A stretch of 64,000 nt of DNA from Deltaproteobacteria bacterium (GTDB lineage Bacteria > Myxococcota_A > Polyangia > Fen-1088). The translations under genes and the position numbers were made by a program. The DNA lies in NCBI GenBank assembly GCA_033763315.1, contig JANRKS010000011.1, positions 64,001-128,000 of the forward strand, given 5' to 3'. Positions 17,834 through 26,164 of this stretch are shown here, piece by piece. The notes beneath the pieces are model-generated. The model did no database searches and was not told the DNA's origin. It saw only the letters and a list, made by a program, of their open reading frames with translations. How positions within the stretch are numbered: position 1 is the stretch's first letter; each line of letters opens with the position of its first letter.

Positions 17834-20572
17834 ATGAAATTTTCCCACCGCCTACAGTCACTTGTGTGGCTGCTGATCTTCTCTTCGGGTGCGTCTGTTG
17901 TGGCGCCACAACGCGCGCGCGCCGCCGATGAGGCACCAGCCCCGCCGGCGCCGAAGCTGACCAAGCCTCCGGCTTTGCTCACGTTTGTTGAAGCCGTTTA
18001 TCCCGAGGAAGAAAAAGCCGCGAACCGCAGCGCTTCGGTTGTGTTGCAAGTGGTGATCGGCGCCGATGGCAAAGTCACGGAAGCCACAGTCTCGCAATCG
18101 GCTGGGGCGGCCTTTGACGCTGCGGCGCTGGCTGCCGTGAAAGCGTTCGTGTTCAGTCCGGCGGAGATCGATGGCGTGCCGTCGCCCATCCGCATTCTTT
18201 ATAAGTACGACTTCGTGCTCAAGGCCGCCGTCAAAACCACGGCTGATCTTTCGGGCATCGTTCGCAACCGCAAAACCAAGAAGCCCTTGCCCAATGTGGC
18301 TGTCACGGTGGGACAGGCCAAGACCACCACAGGGCCCGATGGGCGTTTCGAGGTGTTGGATGTGCCGCCCGGAAAAGTGGCGGTCGCGTTTGCGGGGCCC
18401 GGAATCACGGCGTCACGGACGGAAGAAACGCTTGAAGCCGGTAAGAAGACGGACGTCATCTATGACGTGTCACCAGAAGAGGTGGTGGATCCCGCCGACA
18501 AAGACGATCTGGAAATCGTCGTCATCGCGCCGCCCTTGCAAAAGGCCGTGGCGTCGATCCAAATCGCGGCCGATCAAGGGCGCAAACTTCCGGGCACACA
18601 AGGCGACGTGTTGAAGGTCGTTGAAAGTTTGCCGGGCGTGGCGCGCTCGTCGGCGGGCTCGGGCCAACTGGTGGTGTGGGGTGCCTCGCCGCAAGACACG
18701 CGCGTTTACATCGATGGCGTCCGCATCCCCGCCCTTTACCACACAAGCGGTTTGCGTTCGGTGGTGGCCGGCGAATTGGTGAAGAACATCGAACTTGTGC
18801 CGGGCGGCTATGGCGCTTCCTATGGCCGCGGCTTGGGTGGCATCGTGCTTGTGGAAAGCGCTGCTCTAGAGGGCAATGGAACACACGGCGCGGCCACCGT
18901 TGATTTGCTGGACGCCGCGGCCACCGTGCGCACGCCCTTGTCTTCAAAGTGGCGCCTCGCGCTTTCGGGCCGCTGGAGCTACCTCGACCGCGTGCTTGAA
19001 ACCGTCAGCGATGAAGACGTGGGTGCGTTTTATCCGATCCCGCGTTACCGCGATGGGCAAGTGCGTTTGGCGTATGTGCCGTCAAAGCGCGAGCAGATTG
19101 AATTTGTGAGCTTGGGCTCCAGTGACAAAGTCACGCGCACCGTGCAAAGCCCTGACCCGGCACTCACCAAGCGCGATGATCGCGACACGAACTTTTACCG
19201 TTTCTACATGCGGTATAGCCGCGATCTCGACGATGGCGCCCGCGTCTCGGTTGTGCCGTTCTTTGGCCAAGATCGCACGCGTCTGCAAAACCAGTACGGC
19301 GGACCCGTGGCGACACTGGACACCACGTCCACCATCTATGGCTTTCGCGGCAATTGGCGCGCACGTGTGGCGCAACTGCTAACCGTTACGTTGGGCTTGG
19401 ACGCCGAAGTTGTGCAGGCGGCGGTGTCACGTACGGGATCACCCACCTTGCCGCCGCGCGAAGGTGATTTGCGCGTGTTCGGCCAATTGGCTCCAAACGA
19501 GCTCAATTCCGATACGTGGAACGCTTTTGTGGCCAGCGCCGCGCCTTACGCCGAGCTTGACATCACGCCGCTTGGCGACCGTCTGCATATTATCCCCGGC
19601 ATTCGTGTGGAACCTTATGTGGTCGGCGCCAGCCGGCAAACCCCGCGCGTGGGCGATACACCATCGATTGGTTTGCTCACGCAAGACACCACGGTGCAAC
19701 CGCGTCTGACCGCGCGTTTCGATGCGACGAAGTGGATTACCTTTTCAGCCTCTTACGGCCAGTATCGACAGGCTCCCCAGGCCGAAGATCTTTCGGCCGT
19801 GTTTGGCAACCCACGCCTTACCCTTTCGGAAGCCCGCCACCTGGTGTTTGGCGCAAACATCCGCTTGGGCGAAAAGCTTTCCGCAGAACTGACAGCGTTT
19901 CGCTCCGACAGCCACAACCTAGCCGTGCGCAGCCCGCGCGAACAGCCCTTCTCAGGTGAGGCGTTGTTGCCGCTTGGCAAAGGCAAGACGGTTGGTGGCC
20001 AAGTGCTGCTCAAACAAACGTTCTCCAAAAGCTTGTTTGGCTGGGTCAGTTACAGCCTGTTGCGTTCACAGCGCATCGATCCGGTGGCCAGCGATCAGTG
20101 CAGCGATCCCGCACTGCCCTTGGCCGACTGCCGCTTTCCCAACAGCACGGTGTTCAGCTATACGGTCAACCGCACCCGCTTGTTTGACTACGATCAAACG
20201 CATCTGCTTACCGCCTTGGCGTCATGGGACATCGGCCGCGGTTTCAACTTGGGCGCGCGCTTTCGCTATGCCACGGGGTACCCACGAACGCCGGTTGTCG
20301 GATCGTTTTATGACGCGCGCCGCGACGCTGTGCAGCCGCTGTTTGGCGCACAAAACAGCATTCGCATCCCGGCCTTCTTGCAGGCCGACGTGCGGCTCGC
20401 GAAAACGCTGACGCTTGCGAAGGGCAGTGATTTGGAGCTGTACCTCGATGTGCAAAACATCACGAACCGGCAGAACGCCGAGGAAATTGCATACAGCCCT
20501 GATTACGCGCGCAAAGCTCGCATCACAGGGTTACCCCTTTTGCCCGTGGTTGGCGCGAGGCTCACATGGTGA
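17834..20572 (+). CDS. TonB-dependent receptor with N-terminal TonB_C and carboxypeptidase-regulatory-like domains
   Basis: YPEEE...FDAAALAAV TonB_C; plug motifs LPGV and GGYGASYGRGLGG; LYLDVQNITN; C-terminal W. Confidence 0.88.
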   Translation: MKFSHRLQSLVWLLIFSSGASVVAPQRARAADEAPAPPAPKLTKPPALLTFVEAVYPEEEKAANRSASVVLQVVIGADGKVTEATVSQSAGAAFDAAALAAVKAFVFSPAEIDGVPSPIRILYKYDFVLKAAVKTTADLSGIVRNRKTKKPLPNVAVTVGQAKTTTGPDGRFEVLDVPPGKVAVAFAGPGITASRTEETLEAGKKTDVIYDVSPEEVVDPADKDDLEIVVIAPPLQKAVASIQIAADQGRKLPGTQGDVLKVVESLPGVARSSAGSGQLVVWGASPQDTRVYIDGVRIPALYHTSGLRSVVAGELVKNIELVPGGYGASYGRGLGGIVLVESAALEGNGTHGAATVDLLDAAATVRTPLSSKWRLALSGRWSYLDRVLETVSDEDVGAFYPIPRYRDGQVRLAYVPSKREQIEFVSLGSSDKVTRTVQSPDPALTKRDDRDTNFYRFYMRYSRDLDDGARVSVVPFFGQDRTRLQNQYGGPVATLDTTSTIYGFRGNWRARVAQLLTVTLGLDAEVVQAAVSRTGSPTLPPREGDLRVFGQLAPNELNSDTWNAFVASAAPYAELDITPLGDRLHIIPGIRVEPYVVGASRQTPRVGDTPSIGLLTQDTTVQPRLTARFDATKWITFSASYGQYRQAPQAEDLSAVFGNPRLTLSEARHLVFGANIRLGEKLSAELTAFRSDSHNLAVRSPREQPFSGEALLPLGKGKTVGGQVLLKQTFSKSLFGWVSYSLLRSQRIDPVASDQCSDPALPLADCRFPNSTVFSYTVNRTRLFDYDQTHLLTALASWDIGRGFNLGARFRYATGYPRTPVVGSFYDARRDAVQPLFGAQNSIRIPAFLQADVRLAKTLTLAKGSDLELYLDVQNITNRQNAEEIAYSPDYARKARITGLPLLPVVGARLTW

Positions 20573-21615
20573 AACGTATCGGCTTGGCTTTGCTTTTGGT
20601 GTCCGCGTGCGTGCCTGATCTCGAGGATACGTCGGCGTTGGTGTCGGGCCCGCGCTTGTTGGCCGTGGCGATGGATCCACCGGAGGCACCCGCGGGGGCG
20701 CAGGTCACGTGGCGTGCGCTTGACGTTACCCCCGAAGGCCCGGCGGCGCGACCGATTGATTGGGCGCTTTGCCAGGTGCGCAAGCCCGTCAGTGAAGCGG
20801 GCCCCATCAACCCCACGTGCTTGGTCGCCCTCGGGTCCGCGACGTTGTCTCCTCTGGGCACGGGGCCTGTGGTTACAGGCCGCTTGCCCAGCAACGCGTG
20901 CCAAGTGTTTGGTCCCGAAACGCCGTCGCCAAAGCCCGGCGAGCCACAAGCGCGTGAAGTGGATCCCGATAGCACGGGGGGCTTTTATCAGCCGTTGCGC
21001 CTTCGCTTGGGTGACACCGAAAGCTACGGTACGTACGACGCGCGTGTGCGTTGCGCCTTGAACAATGTGAACCCGCAACAAGCCAACGAGCTGCAATCGC
21101 GCAGCCATCCCAACACCAATCCCATTCTCACCAACTTCGCCGTTGTGAACGAAGATGGTTCGGCGATCACGCTCGTGCCCACCGAAGTGGCTGACGAGGC
21201 GAGGGCATTGATCCCCGCAGGCCAGCCGCTTCGCTTTCGCGCCACCTGGGGCGCGTGCCCGGCCGTGGACGCGTGCGGTGATGGCTTTTGCGGCATCAGC
21301 GAAACGGTTGGTAAGTGCGCTGCTGATTGCCAGAACCCCAAGCCGTGCGGCGGTGCCGAGCCTTACCTGTGGTTCAACCCAGCCACGCGCGAACTTGTGC
21401 AACGCAAAGAGGTGATGCGCGCTTCGTGGTTCGCGAACGCCGGCACATTCGCAACGGGACGCACAGGTCGTAGCGAGGATGAGGCCGCCCTCACGAACAC
21501 GGAAAACACATGGACCCCACCTGCGGCACCCGGCACGGTGGCGCGGTTGTGGATCGTCTTGCGTGACGACCGCGGTGGGGCCACATGGCAGTCTTTCGTG
21601 TTCGAGTTACGTTAA
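20566..21615 (+). CDS. Cys-rich lipoprotein downstream of the TBDT
   Basis: Lipobox VSAC; PRLLAV..DPPEA; CGDGFC module; WIVLRDDRGG. Confidence 0.8.
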   Translation: MVKRIGLALLLVSACVPDLEDTSALVSGPRLLAVAMDPPEAPAGAQVTWRALDVTPEGPAARPIDWALCQVRKPVSEAGPINPTCLVALGSATLSPLGTGPVVTGRLPSNACQVFGPETPSPKPGEPQAREVDPDSTGGFYQPLRLRLGDTESYGTYDARVRCALNNVNPQQANELQSRSHPNTNPILTNFAVVNEDGSAITLVPTEVADEARALIPAGQPLRFRATWGACPAVDACGDGFCGISETVGKCAADCQNPKPCGGAEPYLWFNPATRELVQRKEVMRASWFANAGTFATGRTGRSEDEAALTNTENTWTPPAAPGTVARLWIVLRDDRGGATWQSFVFELR

Positions 21616-21624
21616 CCGCACAAA

Positions 21625-22038
21625 TTAGGATGCGGCGGTCCACTCACCCTTCAGGGCCGTACACTGCTTTTGCGCGGTTGTGGCCGTGGCCGTGGCGTCT
21701 TTGCCGTAATACAGGTTGTTGACTTCCTTGTCGGTGCCTTTGCCGATCACGCACGTGCCAACCCAATCCGCCTTTGGACACGCATTGGCGCTGAATGTGG
21801 TTTCGCCCAGCGTCTTGCACATCGGTTCCACTGTGGCGGCAGTGAAACTTGCACCTATGAACTCCTTGCAGAAGCCGCCCTTTGAATTGTCGCAGCTGCC
21901 TATGACCTTGGCCGCGCCACTGGCGCCACCGCCGCCGGTGCCCCCGGTGCCATCGCTGTTGCTGTCGCTGCCACCGCAAGCTGCCGCCGCGCCCACGGCC
22001 AAAGTGATACAAAATACTAAGCCAATACGTTCAAACAT
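21625..22038 (-). CDS. Small Cys-rich lipoprotein
   Basis: AAAC lipobox, Gly linker, six further Cys; GGAGG RBS. Confidence 0.8.
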   Translation of the reverse strand: MFERIGLVFCITLAVGAAAACGGSDSNSDGTGGTGGGGASGAAKVIGSCDNSKGGFCKEFIGASFTAATVEPMCKTLGETTFSANACPKADWVGTCVIGKGTDKEVNNLYYGKDATATATTAQKQCTALKGEWTAAS

Positions 22039-22201
22039 CACTGCCTCCTGGCGAAGAGTAAAACGCCACCTTAGCACTAACCTTGGCGGGTTCTGTCAAA
22101 AACAACACACTCAACGTGACTGGTTTTACGCCAACCCGTTGATCTTCGTCGGCCGCTCGTCTAGGAGTAGGGCAGTCAATCTTCAGTGAGGAGCGGGGTA
22201 T

Positions 22202-23125
22202 ATGCGCATCGTACGTTTTCGCAAGCAATCTGGTGACACCACAAGCCGCATGGGCGTGCTGTCGGTGCAAGGTGATCAAATTCTCGACGTGAGTGCGATC
22301 GCAGCCGCACAAGGCAAGCATGTAACCGCTGAAGATCTGGCATGGTGGGATGTGGCCTCGCCCTTGGGCCGCCTCATGGATGCCGCGATCGAAGAGTGGC
22401 GCCGTGACGAGCGGGGCAAGGCAGCCTTGGCACAACATGGGGATCTGTTGCCGGCGTCGGCTGTGAAATTTTTGGCGCCGATCGCTCGCCCAGGCAAGGT
22501 GCTTTGCATTGGTCTCAACTACCGCGATCACGCCGCTGAATCGGGCATGGATGTGCCCACAAGCCCCATTTTGTTCTCAAAGTTCGGCACGTCGATTGTG
22601 GGACCTGACGACGCGGTTTTGATTCCCAAGGGATGCACGCAACCTGACTACGAGGCCGAAATGGCGGTGGTGATTGGTCGGCACGCCAAGCATGTGAGCA
22701 AAGAAGACGCCTATCAGTACGTGGCCGGCTACTGCTGCTTGAACGACGTCAGCGCACGGGATTTTCAGTTCGCCGATAAGCAGTGGGTGCGTGGCAAAGC
22801 GGCCGATACGTTTGCGCCCATCGGGCCGTTTGTGGCCACGAAGGATCTGATTCCCAACCCACACAAGCTGCAGATTCAGTTCCGCCTCAATGGCGAAACG
22901 TTGCAAAACTCAAACACCGAGCAATTGGTGTTTGGCGTTCCTGAACTCGTATCGTTCCTTTCGCAAAGCATGACGCTTGAGCCGGGCGACATCATCGCCA
23001 CGGGAACGCCGCCAGGTGTAGGTTTTGCGCGCAAGCCGCCCGTCTACATCAAGCCAGGCGATCGCATGGAAGTGGAAGTTGAAGGCCTGGGTGTGTTGGT
23101 GAACCCCGTGGCGGCAGCGCAATAA
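22202..23125 (+). CDS. Fumarylacetoacetate hydrolase family protein
   Basis: CIGLNYRDH, DYEAE, NDVSARD, GK..DTF, TGTPPGVG. Confidence 0.95.
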   Translation: MRIVRFRKQSGDTTSRMGVLSVQGDQILDVSAIAAAQGKHVTAEDLAWWDVASPLGRLMDAAIEEWRRDERGKAALAQHGDLLPASAVKFLAPIARPGKVLCIGLNYRDHAAESGMDVPTSPILFSKFGTSIVGPDDAVLIPKGCTQPDYEAEMAVVIGRHAKHVSKEDAYQYVAGYCCLNDVSARDFQFADKQWVRGKAADTFAPIGPFVATKDLIPNPHKLQIQFRLNGETLQNSNTEQLVFGVPELVSFLSQSMTLEPGDIIATGTPPGVGFARKPPVYIKPGDRMEVEVEGLGVLVNPVAAAQ

Positions 23126-23215
23126 CATCGAGCGCGTCGAACCTCTCCCGCGGCAAAGCCAGCTTCATCTCAGGCAGGGCAGTCTAACTCTCGAACTGCG
23201 AGTGGATGTGCAGGA

Positions 23216-23647
23216 TCAACGAGCGCCGGGTCCATCGACGACACCCGCGAGCTTAAACACCGAATGCGCCAGCACACGAACAAAGACTTGCTCTGCATCC
23301 ACATACTCTAAAAGCAGCGCCGCATGCACCAGCTCGAAAGGCGCTCCGGGAAGCTCGACGGTAAGGACGTCGCCACACACCCAGTGAACTGCATTCGCGA
23401 TATGGGTCGACCTCTGCCGGGCCGCCTCGATGTATGCCGGGTTCAGGTCGACGCCGACTGCCAGTTCAGTGACGTCGGGTTGAATCACGGCGAAATCACC
23501 GCCGGCTGTGCATCCTAGGATAGCCACCCGTCGGGGCTTCACACGAGCGTATGTGCTCACGAAGCTCTCGCGTAGGGCCGCGGCTTGGCCCACGGCCTTC
23601 ATATGGCCCTCGTAGTCTTCGAGCGGAATACTCAGCCAAGGATTCAT
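23216..23647 (-). pseudogene. Class I SAM methyltransferase, apparently C-terminally truncated
   Basis: PWLSIPLEDYEGHM, ILGCTAG, VGVDLN, AALLLEYVD; frame ends about 25 aa later at 143 aa, before the fold is complete. Confidence 0.55.
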
Positions 23648-23665
23648 GGCGGCGGGCCCAACAAC

Positions 23666-24139
23666 TTAGGACTCCATGGCTGTGGTTGGCAACAGCCACC
23701 TGAAGGTAGGGATCTTTCTTCCCGGGATGCTCGAGTCGATCTCTCCTGTGAACTCGCCTCCCAAAGCACGATAGAAGCCCGCCGCGTGAGGATCACTCCG
23801 CACGATCAAGACGAGCGCGCCACATCCTGCAGCCGCCGAACACGCGTGGCGAAATAGGGCGCGGCCAATGCCTTCCCCAAGAAACGCTGGCTCCACAAAG
23901 ATGTGCTCGAGTTCGGTGCACCGGTCATCAACCTGGGAAAGGGTGTAGAAGCCCAGCAGGCGGCCGGCTTCCTCAATGACGTGGGCGTTGCTTCGCATCA
24001 AGTGCTCGGGAGAAAGCACGAGCTCAAGGCGAAACACAGCCATTTGCTCATCCGAGTACGGCCAGTGCGCTTTCGACCTCAATGCCAGCGCCGATATCGC
24101 TTCGGCATCCTCCGGTCGCGCTGGGCGAAGTGTTCTCAT
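23666..24139 (-). CDS. GNAT acetyltransferase
   Basis: RSKAHWPY, LEHIFVEP..GEGIGRAL, SDPHAAGFY. Confidence 0.9.
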   Translation of the reverse strand: MRTLRPARPEDAEAISALALRSKAHWPYSDEQMAVFRLELVLSPEHLMRSNAHVIEEAGRLLGFYTLSQVDDRCTELEHIFVEPAFLGEGIGRALFRHACSAAAGCGALVLIVRSDPHAAGFYRALGGEFTGEIDSSIPGRKIPTFRWLLPTTAMES

Positions 24140-24281
24140 CGTCTCGTCCACGTCATCGCGACGTTCAGAGTCTGCGGCGCTGTTCGCCTTGAAGTCCGGG
24201 TAGCAGCTTTCATGACTCGATCACGGCGTGTTCTCGCAGGAAATCCGCAAGCGCATCGGCCTCAGCCCGAACAGACGACGC

Positions 24282-26009
24282 CTACCGCAACGACATCGAC
24301 CAACTAGCCACCGTTTTGCTGCCGTCGAACTTGGGGAAGCCGAAGCTTTTCATGCGGCTTAACACGCAGCTTGGCAAGGCCCCGTTGCGCTCGCCGTTGA
24401 CCTTCACGGCCGAGACTTCACCTGAGCCGCGGATCACGAATTCAAGATCGATCGCGGACACGCCCTTGGCGCTCATGATGCACGGAACCAGCTTGCGGTA
24501 GTTGCCCATCATCACGCGTTGGATGACGTCGTCGTTCAACACGGCGTCGCCACCGCCTTTGCTGACGTCGCCGATGACCATATCGGTGTTGAATTCATCG
24601 CCGCCTTTGGCGCTGCCGCCGCCGCCACCACGCCGCGCCGCGCGCGGTTTCTTGTTCTGGTTAAATTCGATCTTTACGTTCTTCAAGAACGCGTCGATGT
24701 CGGCTTCTTCAGCGCGGCTTGCCAGCGCGCCTTGTTGCTGGTTCTGCCTGTTGATGAAATAGAACACAGCGCCCGCCACCACCACGGCGCCCGCAGCCCC
24801 GATGATCAAAGCCGTGAAGCGCGATTTCTTGCGCTCCGTGCTCTCCATCGATTGGTTGGCTTGCGCCCGTCGCGCTTGTTCCAACGAACGCGCCGCTTGC
24901 TTCGAAAAATCCGCCAACTGCGGGTGCTCTTTGATCGGCACCTGCTCACCGTTTTCAGTGTCAGTCAGCAAATCGTTGGGCCCAAACGTGCCTTTCGCGA
25001 TCTCCGCCTTCAGCTGGTTCATCGTGAAAGGGCCGAAATCAAGCCGGCCCTTTTGCACAAGCCAACGTTCACTGTCCACATCCATGCCCGCGGCCTCGGC
25101 CACGTTGAACGTGCGGCCCGTAACCCGCGGCACGCTTAACCCACCCGTTGAACGCGCAGCGCCCATCGCTCCCGACGCGGCAGCATCCGAGAAACCCATC
25201 GCCGCACCGAATTCGTTCACCAGCATTTGTGGCGAACCTTGCCTGCCAAGCGGCGACGCGGCCAACGCCTTCATCACAACAGCGTCAACCATTGATGAAA
25301 GGCCAGGCACCGTTTGCGAAGGCGGCTTCCATTGCCCCGCGGGTGGTGCGCCCGTGAGCATCTCGTAAAGCATCGCGCCCATCGAATACACGTCCGCCGC
25401 CGCCGTGGGCAGCCCGCCGCGAGCCAACTCAGGAGCAACGTAGGGGCTCGTCGCTTCGGCGGAAAGCCCGCGCCAGGCGATTTCGGCCAACGCGTGAAAC
25501 AATCCCAAGTGTTCGATCACCACGCGGCCATCGCGCCCCACCACGATGTTTTCAGGCGAGAGCGCCCCATGCGCCATCGCTGCGTATGCTGCCGACAAGC
25601 CCTGCGCCACATGCCCGAGCAGTGTGAATGCGGTTTGTGCACCCACTGTTTGCCCCTGTTGCAAGCGAGCGGCGATCGCGCGGCGAAGAGTGTGGCCATC
25701 CGCGTGTTCGCTGACGGTGTAAAGGAAGCCGCTTTCTTCGCCCACGGCAAACAAACGCGCGAGGTTCTTGTGTTGAACGCGCGCCACGCGACCCAAATCG
25801 CTTTGCAGCGTGGTTTTGTGCGCGCCCAAGCGTTGCAGCGGTGCCAGCAGCACCGTGCATGGAGCATTGCTTTGCGTGTCGCGGGCGAGGTAAACGCTCA
25901 CGCTGGCGGCGCCAGGCAATGGTTCCTCCAAAGCAAACCGCCCTGCCACCAGGGTTCCTTGAGGTAGGGGCGCTTGCGAGCCCGATCCAGCGTCGGCCAT
26001 CGAGGTCAT
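24282..26009 (-). CDS. Pseudokinase + GYF-like + TM + AgmX/TonB-C-like protein
   Basis: Kinase-fold motifs YVAPE and DVYSMG, but HGALSPEN and EHLG in place of catalytic motifs; W....DFGPF; one TM; C-terminal C...F.I...G.V...C...FP domain. Confidence 0.7.
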   Translation of the reverse strand: MTSMADAGSGSQAPLPQGTLVAGRFALEEPLPGAASVSVYLARDTQSNAPCTVLLAPLQRLGAHKTTLQSDLGRVARVQHKNLARLFAVGEESGFLYTVSEHADGHTLRRAIAARLQQGQTVGAQTAFTLLGHVAQGLSAAYAAMAHGALSPENIVVGRDGRVVIEHLGLFHALAEIAWRGLSAEATSPYVAPELARGGLPTAAADVYSMGAMLYEMLTGAPPAGQWKPPSQTVPGLSSMVDAVVMKALAASPLGRQGSPQMLVNEFGAAMGFSDAAASGAMGAARSTGGLSVPRVTGRTFNVAEAAGMDVDSERWLVQKGRLDFGPFTMNQLKAEIAKGTFGPNDLLTDTENGEQVPIKEHPQLADFSKQAARSLEQARRAQANQSMESTERKKSRFTALIIGAAGAVVVAGAVFYFINRQNQQQGALASRAEEADIDAFLKNVKIEFNQNKKPRAARRGGGGGSAKGGDEFNTDMVIGDVSKGGGDAVLNDDVIQRVMMGNYRKLVPCIMSAKGVSAIDLEFVIRGSGEVSAVKVNGERNGALPSCVLSRMKSFGFPKFDGSKTVASWSMSLR

Positions 26010-26164
26010 TTCGGCTGCATATTATCGGATCTCTTGGCGATCTCTTGCGTTCGTTCGCACCTTCTGGGGGCATAATGTGCTTTTTTCACCCACATGCTGC
26101 CCGTGCGGGCCGCCCAAAGCTGGGCCCCGGCGCGAGAAAACCCGTCAGCTGATAGACTGAGGCC

